64,000 nucleotides of DNA. Source: Octopus vulgaris (Eukaryota). The first letter of the stretch is position 1; each line of letters starts with the position of its first letter. A program made the position numbers and the translations under genes. Of the stretch, positions 28,702 through 43,584 are shown in pieces. Below the pieces are notes generated by a model, which did not search any database, was not told the DNA's origin, and saw nothing but the letters and a program-made list of their open reading frames with translations. The stretch covers positions 108,066,001 to 108,130,000 of the forward strand of contig OX597821.1 of the NCBI GenBank assembly GCA_951406725.2, given 5' to 3'.

Positions 28702-29189
28702 TACACACACACCTATGAAATATAGATGATTTATAGAAATAAATTATCCGGAGACATTGAAATACAAAATACTGCTGAGCCAAATGCGTAAAGGTATCAT
28801 ATCGTTGAAATATATCTAAGGAAGGCTCTGACAGCGTAACACGATGCTTTAAGAGGACATTCGTTGAAACAGACGATAAACGAAAGCATTCCCATGAACA
28901 GACGATAAACTGCGATGGAAAACACGGAATCGAGCTTGTATATTCACTAGAGAATCATCGTTCCTGCATCCTTTAATAGTACTGTTGCTCAGCAGAAGTT
29001 GGTACCAGAAGTTCATGCAGATTCTCAAATGGAAACTGGAGGTCTAAAATGAGCACTGCCGAAGTGGTTTTGTTTTGTTTGTGTTTTGATTCGATGCTTG
29101 CAGATATATCTCAATTGACTAAAACTTACATAGGGAACGGACAACCATCCATTTTGTGATTTTAAGGTAACCGTTGGATAGAATAGCAG

Positions 29190-29810
29190 ATTTTTTTGGC
29201 AAGTTTGGGAGACACCTTACGCTTCCTGCCACGCCCACTGGGGGTTTTAACTGTGTTGAATCTCTTGTGCTTGCTGATTATGCTCTGGACTGTTGTCACA
29301 GGGACATCATACTGCTTTGAAATGGCCTTATGACCCTTTCCTTCACTGTGGGCGTGCACAAGACGATGAGGTAGGCCATCACTTAGCTCCTTCTTCTTGG
29401 CCATGATGATCAGAAGCTGAGAATGACCAGAACACTTTTCTTCTATTTATACCTGACCAAGCTCGAGGCTTTCGCTAAGGAAGAATAGGCCAACATCCCA
29501 CAGGAGACATGCAGGAAGCTTGTAGACACGTACAAGAATCACCTAGAAGCAGTCGTTAAAAAGAAAAGCTATGCCATTGACTATTAAAGAAAGATATTGG
29601 ACTCAGTAAAATTAGGGTATGAATAATTTTGAACATGGCAATAAATACCCCTGAAATGAAGAATTTATTGAATTGGGTATTGTTGTTATTCTTTCAGTTG
29701 TTGATCACATATAACTCACAAACAAACTTGACAAAATGCATTTATTTCATCACAAAAATTTTTTAATCAAAAAAATTAACAGGGGGTAAGAAAGGTTTTG
29801 GGGATTACTG
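29190..29810. mobile_element. Rearranged Tc1-like transposon remnant
   Basis: Minus 29404-29190: N-terminal HTH region MAKKKELS...GRGRKRKVS. Plus about 29462-29587: C-terminus LEAFAKEE*ANIPQETCRKLV...AIDY*. Right end has two related GGGTA..AA...TTTTG motifs and ends ACTG|TA. Confidence 0.8.
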
Positions 29811-30941
29811 TACATACTTCTTTATTATTTTCTCGTGTTTCTTCTTTTCAAAGACCTTAAAATTCCCAGGCCGACATGTTCTACCGAATCTGCCAAATAT
29901 CAAATGGAAGAACGAGAAAGGAAAAAGAGAAATCGAAAGTAAAATGAAATATTGTTGTTATCTGTGACAGAAATATATTTCGAGAAAGATCTAGGAAGAT
30001 GCATTTGAAGATAGGAGGATATAGAATACCGATGTATTTAGATGTATCCTTTGATAACGAAAATAAGAAATTCAAACGTTCCTTTGATATCGCCAGCACT
30101 AACGCCACACTTTGCAGCAACGGAAATACCGTTATATAGAATGCAAAAACGCTAGAAAAGAATGGATTACAAGGGAAAAAAAGGGATACAAAAATAAACG
30201 AAAAAAAAACCGAAAAAACACGAAAAAAAATACAAAAAAGAAATAATATTTGCCACCATTTAAACATGGCTGTAATAAAAGACGAGTATCCACCACTGAG
30301 TATGATTACAAAGAGGTCGAAACCATGCTGTCTGGTGGTCTCGTGTCTGGAAGAAGGTAGTTCACTCCCCTACTTGCAATATATATCGGGTGCAGACTGC
30401 ATCGAATAAACAGCTGGGTGAGGCGTCCTCTTGAGGTTTAAAGTAGCAGTGACGTCGGTTCCTACGTAAATGCCATGTTTAAATTGCGGTAAAATTACTA
30501 CTTGGCATGGTTACTGCTTTCATCTCTTATAGATATTTTCTAAATAGCTAATTTGCTTATTAAAAAAAAAATATATAAAAAAACAAAGAAGAAGAAATAT
30601 ATGTAGCCATGAATGTCTGGTTAAAAAGCTGAATTTGAAACCTGATGGTACCTGGTTCAATCCCAAAGCGTGGAAGAATTGGTGGTATCCTCAACTATAG
30701 CACCGGGTTAACTAATGCATTGTGAGTGAATTCGCTGGATGGAAATTGTGCGGGTGCCTCTTTCACACACACACAAACTCACACACACACACACACACAC
30801 GCACACACACACACAAGCATGTTACGCAATGCAGTCTAGTCCCGTGTCTCCAGTGAAAGAATCTATTATTAGCTCGTATCTTTATATGAATGTATTACGT
30901 GTGTATGTATGTATGTATATATGAATATACGTATCCTATGT

Positions 30942-31050
30942 CATTGTTCAGTTTTATTTCAAGATTTCTTGCAAATAGAGAAAGAGCTGGTTTCTAACCC
31001 AGATCCAAGGCTTCTTCATTGGAATTTCAACATCAACAACAGGATAGGTT
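30942..31050 (-). mobile_element. Terminal 3'-UTR module of the (TACA)n-associated RLE family
   Basis: Homologous to 31511-31620 and, inverted, to 35000-35107. Confidence 0.8.
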
Positions 31051-31510
31051 TGTATGTATGTATGTATGTATGTATGTATGTATGTTTGTATGTATGTATG
31101 TATGTATGAATGTATGTATGTATGTATGTATGTATGTATGTATGTATGAATGTATGTATGTATATATGTATGTATGTTTGTATGTATGTATGTATGTATG
31201 TATGTATGTATGTATGTATGTATGTATGTATGTATGTATGTATGTATGTATGTATGTATGTATGCATGTATGTATGTATGTATGTATGTATGTATGTATG
31301 TATGTATGTATGTATGTATGTATGAATGTATGTATGTATGTATGTATGTATGTATGTATGTATGCATGCATGCATGCATGTATTTATGTATGTATGCATG
31401 TATGTATGTATGTATGTATGTATGTATGCATGCATGTATGTATGTATGCATGCATGTATGTATGTATGTATGCATGCATGTATGTATGTATGTATGTATG
31501 TATGTATGTG
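31051..31510. repeat. (TATG)n array
   Basis: Directly visible. Confidence 0.95.
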
Positions 31511-32143
31511 CATTATTCACTTTATTTCAAGATTTCTTGCCAATAGAGAAGGAACCGGTTTCTAACCTAGATCCAAGTCTCCTTCGTTGGAATTTCAACA
31601 TCAACAGCAGGATATTTTTATATGTATGTATGTATGTATGTATGTATATGTATGCATGTATGTATGCATGCATGCATGTATGTATGTATGTATGTATGTA
31701 TGTATGTATGTATGTATGTATGCATGCATGTATGTATGTATGTATGTATGTATGTATGTATGTATGTATGTATGTATGTATGCATACATGTATGTATGGG
31801 CAGATTTGTATGTTTTATGTATGTATTCTCATGCATATAGTTGCTTATCTAGACATGCTCATATAGATTTAAATGGTAAACTTCTGGAAAGTTTTACAGA
31901 TATTTACAGTTCCAGTGATGGATTGGATCTGTAGTCTTCGAATTGGCTTTCTCCTCTCTGGTTTCAAGATGCCTAATTTCTCAAAATTAGTATTTATGCA
32001 GTGTGTTACATATTCCAGGGTCACAGTAATTACAGATATAAACCTGAACTTGTAATCTGAATAGAGTAACTGCAGATTTCTCAATAGTTCAGTCAAGGCT
32101 TTCCCTTTTTCACTAATCTTTAGCTTTATGTTAACATCCGCTG
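31511..32143 (-). mobile_element. 5'-truncated RLE non-LTR retrotransposon, (TACA)n-associated family
   Basis: ADVNIKLKISEK...ELLRNLQLLY...IQSITGTVNICK endonuclease C-terminus; 3' UTR with internal (TACA)n; TACA repeats at both junctions. Confidence 0.75.
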
Positions 32144-32176
32144 TATGTATGCATGTATGTGCTGTGTGTGTGTGAG

Positions 32177-32245
<69 letters not shown>

Positions 32246-33594
32246 CTTTGTGCTTGAGCTTGGCCGCTCTATAACTTAACAATCGGTGTTCGTTTGTTTG
32301 CGCCTCAGTAACTAAACTTTTCGGCAAAAGAACAAATTTTAAAACAAAAACCAATACTGGCGTCAATTCGTTCGACTATATCCTTCAATGAAGTGCCCCA
32401 GCAGGGCCGCTGTCTAATGAGTGAATCAAGTAAAATATAAAAGAAGTCAGATAAATAAAGGCTAAGATTAGGAAATTATAAAAATAACAATAAAACCTGG
32501 TTAAAATCAGATATTGTTGTTGTGATTGTTGCTTAGCCCTTGGCCAATGGTGATGGAAGAGACGTACGTACGATCCCAGGCGTTTCAGACGTGGCAAACC
32601 CGTCTTTTCTCATCTGAAAGGGAATCAGCATCACATTTTCGATGCAATGTGATTAATTTCAGGTAAATATAGCTGCTATTTTTAGCAATCAAAGAAACCA
32701 TGTAGAAGTTCAATCGTAGGCTATTTTTGTTATTTTTGCTATTGTTATTGCCGTCGTCGTCATCGGTGTCGTTTTTGTTGTTGCTGTTATTGTCGTGGTT
32801 GTTATTGCTGTGGTTACTGTTGTTGTTGTTGTTACTTAGCCGTTTGTCAGACATCATCGAGCAAACATGACCAGAGATACTCTCGGTGTAAAGATACCCA
32901 CCTCATCAGTAATACCCGTAACTAAATCGACCACTGGCTGCTTAATGCATTTAAGACGACTTTTGTGTAATTTAAAGCGAATTTGACTTCTATTTCTAGC
33001 AAATTGCAAAACCATGCAGTAGATTTCCCGTTGGCTTAATTATAATTAAATTGATCCACGTAGACCACTTTCCAGTCTTCTTGTCACCAGAGAAACCTAA
33101 TATAGGCAACTATATACACCCGCCCATACGTATATAAATTCATATCACATTATACGTACATGAAATTTCTTTCATATATCTACATACATACATATGAGTA
33201 ATATATACACGTGTGTGTGTGTGCATATGTATAATCTGTTATGCACGGTTCAGTAAGAATGGTAAGAATGGTATACTTTCATGCTTATATTTTCTACATT
33301 TATTAAGCAATCATTGAATGGAATATTTAGCGCCGAGGTTGTATCTATCGACAGACGGCACTTCATACAAACGCACACTGCACCCAAAGGCTGCATATCA
33401 TATATCTATACGCAGACAGATATATTTTTAATATAATGTTTAAAATATGTCTATGCATGCATTTCTCTATGGTTAAGAGACTCGTTTCGCAAGCGCGGAA
33501 TCTTGTGGAAGCGGTTTCTACTCTACCCTGAATCGGTCAATGCCTTGAGAGGAGATTTTGGGAAGGGAAAATATGTAAAAACTCATTATGTACG

Positions 33595-33811
33595 CAAGGA
33601 GGTGCTGAAAAGTTCCTGGTTTTAGGGGTATTGCGAAATGCCTGGTTGGAGGTCCAACATTCTGAGTTCTGTTACAGGGTTTAGAAAAACTGAAGGACTG
33701 TTGCAATAAGTATGTGAATCTGAAAGAGGAATATGTTGAAAAGAATCATAATTAACTGATTCTCCTGAATTTTCTTTTAGCCAAAGACGGGAGATATTCA
33801 GCAACCCTTCA
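33595..33811 (+). mobile_element. Mariner-derived MITE
   Basis: Left end GGTGCTGAAAAGTTCCTGG with a degenerate inverted partner; homologous to the adjacent copy. Confidence 0.7.
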
Positions 33812-33831
33812 TATGTTTATGTGTGTGTATA

Positions 33832-34185
<354 letters not shown>

Positions 34186-34551
34186 AGTGTGTTTGCGTGT
34201 GCATGAGTGCCTGAACACACGTCTACTGTGTTTGTCACCCACTCCTATCGCTTGAAAAATAGTGTTTTTCTGTTTACATACACGTAACGTAGCGGTTCAA
34301 CAAATGTGCAGGATAGGATAAAAAAGTGAACATAACCCCCGGAGTCTCTCGTTCGGCTATAAAATGCGATGGCAGTGTCCCAGCTTGGCCGCAGTCCAGT
34401 GACTGAAAAAAAATAAAAGAACATCGGATGAATCCCCTAATAAATTTGCCTTTCGACAAGGTGTTCACATTAAGTATGTTATATAGCTGTCTATTTTAAA
34501 CTAATACTGCATCTTTTACATGCATACTAGAGTACATACATATGTAAGTAC

Positions 34552-35107
34552 ACTGTGTACAGTTGTGGAAAACAGCTGCGCAGCGGATGTTAACCTAAAG
34601 GTGAAGATCAGCGAAAAAGAAAATGCCTACGCTGAACTATTGAGAAAACTGCAGTTGCTCTTTTCAGATTACAAGTTCAGGTTTATACCTGTAATTATTG
34701 GCGCCCTGGGATATGTAACTCATTGCTTAAATACCAATCTTAAGAAACTGGGCTTCTCAAAACAAGAAAGGAGAAAGCTGATTCGAAGACTACAGATTCA
34801 ATCCATCACTGGAACTGTAAAAATCAGTAAACTTTCCAGAAGTTTATCATTTAAATATATATGAGCATGTCTAGATATGTAGCTATATGCCTGAGAATAC
34901 ATAAAACCAAAAAATACAAATCTGCACATGTACATACATACATACATGCATATATACATACATGCATATATACATACATGCATATATACATACATACAAA
35001 AATACCCTGTTATTGATGTTGAAATTTCAATGAAGGAGCCTTGGATCTAGGTTAGTAACCGGCTTTTTCTACAGGCAAGAAATCTTTAAATAAAACTGAA
35101 TAATGAA
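34552..35107 (+). mobile_element. 5'-truncated RLE non-LTR retrotransposon, (TACA)n-associated family
   Basis: VVENSCAADVNLKVKISEKENAYAEL...IPVIIGALG; ends AATAAAACTGAATAATGAA followed by TACATACATACA. Confidence 0.8.
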
Positions 35108-35888
35108 TACATACATACAAACATCCATTAACCCATCCCTCCATCCATACATACATATATACATACTTATATGTAAACGCAAAACAATGGAGAAATTTTA
35201 CAAATCTAATGCTCTTACAGGTGTTTCACATAGCAGAATTATGTAACACAAAGGTGTTACATAATTCCGTGATCTGCTAACTATGTAGTTTAATCGAGAC
35301 ATATTTTACTGCTATGATTCTACATAAATCGGGAAATTAATGCCAACAATTCTCCACACTTTCCCACAGTGCTTAGAACAAAGAACACACACACACACAC
35401 AACCACGCACACACACACACACACGCATACACAGACATGTAGATATGCTTACACGACGCTTCGATGATTATTTATAAAAAACTGTTAAAATGTTCACACA
35501 CGCCAAAAGCTGTTATGTTATTTAGCGCTATAAAGACAGCATGTTTCCAGTGTCCGCTTGGTTCAAAGGTCCAGCGTACCAGTCAGGAACTTGCGGGCTA
35601 CTGGGTTCGATTCTCTGTACCAGTTTGCTGACCGCTCTCTTTTTTTCCCCTCCAATTATTAAGAGTATTTTTACCCAATCGTCACAGCTATTCTCCTTCG
35701 TTCGAGATAGCTAACTTTGGCTTGTTTATTTCTCCACTATATAGATTATGTATATACAAGCACACTCAGACACTCTCATAAATAATTGTACACATACGCA
35801 CATATATGTATATACACATACATACCCAAATATATATATATGTATATATATATATGTATGTATATATACATGTGTGTACATGTATGTG

Positions 35889-35959
<71 letters not shown>

Positions 35960-36071
35960 ACATGTATGTGTATGTATTTATATATGTATGTATGTATGTA
36001 TGTATATATATATGTACATGTATGTGTATGTATATATATATATATATATATATATAATACATGATACATAC

Positions 36072-36118
<47 letters not shown>

Positions 36119-36578
36119 CATACATACATATATGAATTACAAACTGATATGAAATTATGAAGAACACGACAGCTCTCGTTATGGATTAATAAGTTATCTG
36201 ATTATAGCTAATAACATAATCCCGCACCTAGTACACTATCACACGTTCTAAGCCCAATTCATTTCTAGTTATCCACCATTTTATATCGTACAAACAAATT
36301 ACGCAACAAGATTTAAAATCCGTTGGATCAAAGATATAGCGCCTTATTTCCGTTCCCACTTAAATGGGACTTAACATGGAGTAACGATCGTTGAAACGAT
36401 AACACTGATTAATTAATAATAATGATCTATGATGTAAGCATATGGTGCATGCTCTTTGCGATAGAGTAAAGTAAATTGTATGTGATTGACTATTAATTTG
36501 TCATTGATAGATGAATTTAGATGATGGCTGAAAGAAAATAGAGAATGATAGAATATCACCATGCGATTGAAACGCGTG

Positions 36579-36680
<102 letters not shown>

Positions 36681-36721
36681 GTACACACACACATATAATT
36701 GTGTGTGTGTGTGTACATATA

Positions 36722-36950
36722 CTCTTTCTCTTTTTACTCTTTTACTTGTTTCCAGTCATTTGACTGCGGCCATGCTGGAGCACCGCCTTTAATCGAGCCA
36801 CTCGACCCCCAGGACTTATTCTTCTGTAAGAACCAGTACTTATTCTATCGGTCACTTTTGCCGAACCGCTAAGTAACGGGGACATAAACACACCAGCATC
36901 GGTTGTCAAGCAATGCTAGGGGGACAAACACAGAGACACAAACACACGCA

Positions 36951-37014
<64 letters not shown>

Positions 37015-37185
37015 CATATATACGACGGGCTTCTGTCAGTTTCCGTCTACCAAATCCACTCACAAGGCTTTGGTCGGCCCGAGGCTATAGTAGAAGACAC
37101 TTGCCCAAGATGCCACGCAGTGGGACTAAACCCGGAACCATGTGGTTAGTAAGCAAGCTACTTACCACACAGCCACTCCTACGCC
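36722..37185 (-). mobile_element. SINE family A, full length, well preserved
   Basis: Complete head, core, internal microsatellite and tail; highly similar to 4437-4895. Confidence 0.9.
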
Positions 37186-37314
37186 TATCTTTGGTATTAC
37201 AAAGAGTTTTGTTGGTTTATCGCTCAACTGTGCGCCACATATAATAATCAAACATAGTAGCGTCGTGTGAGCATATATACATAATAATCAACTGCGCACC
37301 ACATATAATAATCA

Positions 37315-37550
37315 TGTGTTGGAGGTTGGTCCGGGATTTTTTGAAGAAATTTGTCCAGTGAGCGTTTGAATTTTATGGTATGGTATTAAAGAGAGCTGTA
37401 CCGGTTGAGGTAAAGTAATTGTGATGTAATGTTGATATGTGTACCGAGTTCGATTTTTAAAGTGGGCGGATAACACGGGGTCCAAGTCTTGGATGGATTT
37501 TAAAATTGATGCCAACATCATTTGTGCAATATTCATGGGATATTTTTCAC
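37315..37550 (-). pseudogene. Old CR1-like LINE fragment
   Basis: NDVGINFKIHPRLGPR...HNYFTSTG.ALFN is homologous to the ORF at 46272-46678. Confidence 0.7.
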
Positions 37551-37576
37551 AAGCACTAACACGCACACACACACAT

Positions 37577-37612
<36 letters not shown>

Positions 37613-37626
37613 TGTATGTATGCATA

Positions 37627-37686
<60 letters not shown>

Positions 37687-38178
37687 ATATATAGTTATGA
37701 TTCTCCTTCGAGAAATCGTCAAAATTGAATATGTTTCATCTTTCTGGAGTAGACTAAATCCGAAATAGAATACCATATCTCACAAAGAGTTAATCGCCTA
37801 AACACGAAAGACACCAGAAAGATATACAAATTTAAACTAGGCGGGCATTGCTGTGGATATTAGTAAAACTAGTATGATGTATATTGGGACTTAACTAATA
37901 GTTGTTTAGGGTATAGGTGATATTCTACCCTATATATAATTAAGATATAGGCGTATCAGACATTCTAATGTGGCGTGATGTGAAGTGGGGTACGAAGGGC
38001 TGGTTGGAAATTCGATCGGTTTTCACAGATTGGATGCGGCGACGCACTAACGCAGTTCAGACATGATTATGCATGCGAAGCGTCTGTCTGTCTGACCGTC
38101 AATGATTGAGTGTAGGCATGCATGTATGTATGTATGTATGTATATGCTGTGTATAATATATAAATATATATATATATA

Positions 38179-38535
38179 GGTACTGGAGTGGCTGTGTGGT
38201 AAGCAGCTTGCTTACCAACCACATGGTTCCGGGTTCAGTCCCACACTATGGCACCGTGCCGACCGAAGCCTTGAGTGGATTTGGTAGACGGAAACTGAAA
38301 GAAGCCCGACGTATATATATATATATATATATATATGTTTGTGTGTCTGTGCTTGTCAAACGACCATCGCTTGACAACCTATCTTGGTGTGTTTACGTTC
38401 CCGCAATTTAGCGGTTCGGCAAAAGAGAATGTTAGAATATGTACTAGGCTTACAAAGAATAAGTCCGAAGGCCGATTTGTTCGACTAAAGGCGGTACTCC
38501 AGCATGGCCGCACTCAAATCACTGAAATAAAATAA
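38179..38535 (+). mobile_element. SINE family A with a short internal deletion
   Basis: GGAGTGGCTGTGTGG...GGTTCAGTCCC...CCAGCATGGCCGCA. Confidence 0.85.
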
Positions 38536-38572
38536 GGAAAAAGGAATACAAATATATAAATAGGAATATACA

Positions 38573-38620
<48 letters not shown>

Positions 38621-39027
38621 TATGTATGTATGTATGCATATATATGTATATATATACATATATATATGTATCTATGTATGTTTGTGTGTGTATGTGTGTG
38701 TGTAGATAGGCACATATATAGACAGATACATATATATGCACAAGGACACACATATGCATACATACATATGCATATATATATATCGATATATATATAAAAC
38801 TGAGAATGTGTGTCTGTCTGTGTGAATCCCTAAAACTTGAGAACTACACAACAAATTTCATTCAAATTTTACACATGCCTTACGTAGGGTCCGAGTAATA
38901 TCATGGACCTAAATTTTTTTTAAACTTCTTGCCTAGGGAGAGCCCACACCAATATCACATCTTCTCCACTATTTCAGTATTACGTGTTAAAAGTGAAACA
39001 AAAGCATCTCTCTATTGTATGTATATG

Positions 39028-39068
<41 letters not shown>

Positions 39069-39315
39069 ATACATGGATGTATATACATATATATATATGT
39101 ATATATATAAATAGATGTATATGTATACAAGTATATGTATAGCTGTATATGTATATATGTATTTCTATAGACATACATGTATGTCTAAATGTATATATAT
39201 ATATATAGATAGATATACATGTATTATGTACATATATATACACATATTACATGCATACATATATGCACCCATAAACACACACACCGATCCCCCCACACAC
39301 ATACAAACATACATA

Positions 39316-39630
39316 GGTGCAGGTGTGGCTGTGTGGTGACAAACTTGGTTCCAAAACATTTGGTCCTCAGTCCAGTCCCACTGTGTGGTAACTTGGCATG
39401 TGTCTTCTGCTATAGCCTGAGACTAACCAAGGCCTTGTCAGTGGATTTTGTTGACAGAAACTGAAAGAAATCAATTGTATGTATATGTATGAATATATGT
39501 AAGTCTATGTGTGTGTCTTTGTGTTTCTCCCTCATCACTGCTTCACAACTGGTGTTCGTTTATTTACATACCCACAATTTAATGGTTTCATAAGAAGAAA
39601 CTGATAGAATAAGTACCAGGCTTATCAAAA
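39316..39630 (+). mobile_element. SINE family A, diverged copy
   Basis: Head GGTGCAGGTGTGGCTGTGTGG and body motifs are recognisable. Confidence 0.75.
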
Positions 39631-39697
39631 TATAAAAAAGCACTATGCAGTGTCTCATATTTTTGTTTGCCCACTCAGTTGTATCTATCAATTTATC

Positions 39698-39808
<111 letters not shown>

Positions 39809-39889
39809 TTCGTGGACAGGAACTGAAACAAATCAATCGTATATATATGTATGTATATATGTAAGTGTATGTGTTTTGGTATTGACAAC

Positions 39890-41835
39890 TTGAATTTTGC
39901 ACATACCATAACCTGTGCATCACCAACACATTCTTTGCCAACAAGACATCCCACAAGGCATCTTGGAGACATCCAAGATCTCACCACTGGCATCAGCTGG
40001 ATCTCATCATTACACGAAGATCCTTTCTGAATTCTGTGCAACTGACTCGTAGTTACCACAGCACGGATTGTGACACTGATCATTCACTAATAAGAAGCAG
40101 GGTGAGTATTCTGCCTAAAAAGTCCATCACTCCAAGAAAATGGGCCGACCACGCATTAACACTGCCAGAACCTCCGACCCTACACTGCGACAATTTTTTG
40201 CTTTTTCTATCAAGGTTGCCCTCAGTAGCTGCCCTACCACCTCTGCTGAAAGTAGGTGGAATTATATCAGGAAGCTTTGTATACCACATCAATACATACT
40301 CTCGGCATGAGAGAAAGGCAAAACCCAGATTTTGTTCAGTGCTGGGCTCTCAGAGCTGGAAACAGTTATCGAAGCAAAGCGTGCAGCTCTGATGCAATAC
40401 AAGAGTGATTCTTCCACAAAGTTACTCGAAGAACTCAGAAACGCAAGAAATAAAACCCAACTGACTGCCATACGCTGTGCAAATGGGTATTTGCAGGAAA
40501 TCTGTCAGAGTATCCAGTCATCTGCTGACAGTGGCGACACCCGTGGGATGTATGCCGGTTTGAAGAAGGTCCTCGGTCCATCTGCAACCAAGTCAGCCCC
40601 TCTGAAATCAACCACTGGGGATCTCATCAAGGACCAAAGCAAGCAAATGGATACATGGATGGAGTACTACCAGGATCTCTATTCACGAGAGACTACGGTA
40701 GCTGAGGCTGCAATCGAGGGTGTTAAGATCTTGCCAGTCATGTGTGAACTTGACAGTCTGCCATCTATAGCAGAGCTCACCAAGTCTATTGACTCTCTAC
40801 CAAGTAACAAGGCTCCGGGAAAAGACGGCATCTCCTTAGAGATCATCAAAACCGGCAAAAACACCATCCTGCCTCGGCACATTCATGAGCTTCTGTGTTA
40901 GTGCTGGAAAGAAGGTACAGTCCCTCAGAATATGTGGGATGCTAACATCGTTACGCTTTACAAAAATAAAGGTGACCGTGGTGATTGTAATAATTACCGT
41001 GGAATATCTCTTCTAAGCACTGTTGGAAAGGCCTCTGCTTGCATTATCCTGTCCAGTCTGCAACTAATTGCTTCTCGAATTTATCCAGAATCGCAGTGTG
41101 GCTTTAGAAGAAGCAGATCAACTATTAACATGATATTCTCCATACGACAACTTCAGGAGAAGTCCAGAGAGCAAAAAATGCCATTATATATGGCCTTCAT
41201 TGATCTGACAAAGGCCTTTGACTTGGTAAGTAGAAAAGGCCTCTTCATCCTGCTCCAAAAAATCGGATGTCCATCAAAGCTGCTGAGGATCATCAAATCT
41301 TTCCATGCTGATATGCAAGGCAGCATACAGCACAATAGTTCAACATCAGCTTCCTTCCAAATAAAAAATGGGGTAAAGCAAGGTTGTGTCCTTGCTCCTA
41401 CATTATTTGGCATCTTATTCTCGCTGCTGCTGTCACATGCCTTTGAGACATCAGATGATGGATTGTTTCTGCACTGTAGAAGTGATGGGAAGCTGTTCAA
41501 TCTCTCGCGTCTGCGCGCCGAGACTAAAATCAGAAGCGTCCTGATCAAGGAGATGCTATTTGCTGACGATGCCGCTCTTGTATCACACACAGAAGAAACA
41601 CTACAAATGCTCATCAATTGCTTTGAGCAAGCATTTGGCAACTTTGGCTTAGTTTTCAGCCTCAAGAAGACCAACATCATTGGTCAGGCTATATCGGACA
41701 TCCCAAACATACATATTAGAGACCACAGAGTACAGGAGGTGGAGAAGTTTACCTATCTTGGCTAAATATCTTTCACCTGCGCTGCCTCCAGAAAATCCTT
41801 CGCATCAAATGGCAGAATCATGTCCCCAATTTATT
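39890..41835 (+). mobile_element. Degenerate RTE-clade LINE (APE C-terminus plus RT)
   Basis: SWRHPRS..WHQLDLII, DCDTDHSL, KAPGKDGI, NYRGISLLS, PESQCGFR, FIDLTKAFD, GVKQGCVLAPTLF, LFADD, FTYLG; several stops and frameshifts. Confidence 0.92.
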
Positions 41836-42497
41836 CTGTCCAGTTACATATCAGTATAGTGGTCATTTGCAAACTCCAGAGGTGACACTTTCATTTCTCC
41901 TTAGCCCTCACGTCACACAGTTGTTAATGTTGATTTTAGTTGGGTACGCCCTTCCAATTGCTGTAGATTCGCAATGCATCTTACGGCTGTGCCTGTCACC
42001 TGGATGGTGAGGAATCCTACATTGGGAGTGGTAACGACTAGGGTAGTGTAACTGACTGCTTATTGTGATCATTCGTCTTTTGGTTTCCTGTAGTTTTGCT
42101 CTCTTTTACAAACCCAGTGAACATATATTTCCCATTTCAAAGAAATTCAAACAATAGATATAAGACGCAAGTTAAAAAGATTTTCAACAATTCAACTTCT
42201 CTGGTTGACATTAAGATGCCCACCCTCAACAGGGGCCTTAACTCTCACATTTTAGAGCTCCATGACCTTCATTTTTCAGGAGCAAAATCCTTTTAACAAG
42301 TTCAATAAGACTGGAATGTTGGAATATGCGCATAAAAATCAGTATTATGGGATACATGTGGCACGATTACAATTTTTTTAGGATGTGTAAAGAGCGAAAT
42401 AACCCTCATCTGCAATTTTGATGAAATTCGAAACATAGATATTCCAGTTCATTACAGAAAATATAATAGAAAAGTCTAATTCTTCAATTGAATGTAA

Positions 42498-42523
42498 CCA
42501 GGCAACGCCGGGTATCTCTGCTA

Positions 42524-42524
<1 letters not shown>
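42498..42524 (+). mobile_element. Probable Helitron 3' terminus
   Basis: CCAGG-caacg-CCGGG imperfect hairpin followed by TATCTCTG-CTAG|T. Confidence 0.55.
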
Positions 42525-42566
<42 letters not shown>

Positions 42567-42806
42567 AACATAGACACATATTTATAATGTGAATGTATGT
42601 GTGTGCTTATGATTATGTGTGTGTGCGCGCACGCGAGCAAGAGTGTTTGTGCGCGTGCGTGTGTCTTTAAATAAGTTCATAGGTGAATCAATACGATATC
42701 ACTGCTTCGTCCCTGGGCGAAAGTTTTATATTCCTGTTAGATATACGATATATTCAGAAGCTGCAATGAGTCACACCGCACACGCATACATGCACACACA
42801 CATACA

Positions 42807-42854
<48 letters not shown>

Positions 42855-43443
42855 TTATGTATATATATATATATATATATATATTTATGTGAGTGTGTAT
42901 GTATATGTATATACATACGTACTTACATATATGTGTGTATGTATATTTGTATGAATGTTTGTGTATGTGTGTGTGTGTGTAATTATGTGTGCGTCCATGT
43001 GATTGTGTGATGGTATGGTTAAAAAAAACTAAAGATGATTGAGATGAAATTATGATACGTTGAGAAACCATTGGAACAAGGCACAGAATTTAGTGATGAA
43101 ATAGGAAATTTGAGAAGTCGCTCTATCATGCACAAAGAATAGAACCAGATAGTCAGAAAGACAGACAGACAGACAAACACACACACATACATGAACGCAC
43201 ACAATCACAAACGCCCACACGCAATCATTCACACATACATACTCATATTGTGTGTATGTACATATATATATATGTATTTGTGTGTGATTGACTGCGTGTG
43301 TGTGCTTTTGTGTGGGTGTGTTAGTGGCAGTTACCTTGTGTGAAAATAATCAAATCTATCTATGAGCCTGCCTGTCTATCTTTCTGTCTGTCTGTGTCTG
43401 TGCCCGTCTGCCCACCTATCTCTCTCTCTCTCTCTCTCCCTCT

Positions 43444-43528
<85 letters not shown>

Positions 43529-43529
43529 A

Positions 43530-43584
<55 letters not shown>

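Noticed and set aside
32870-32912. Minus-strand CTGATGA-GGTG...CACC-GAGA
   Set aside because: GAAA is altered and stems I and III do not form.
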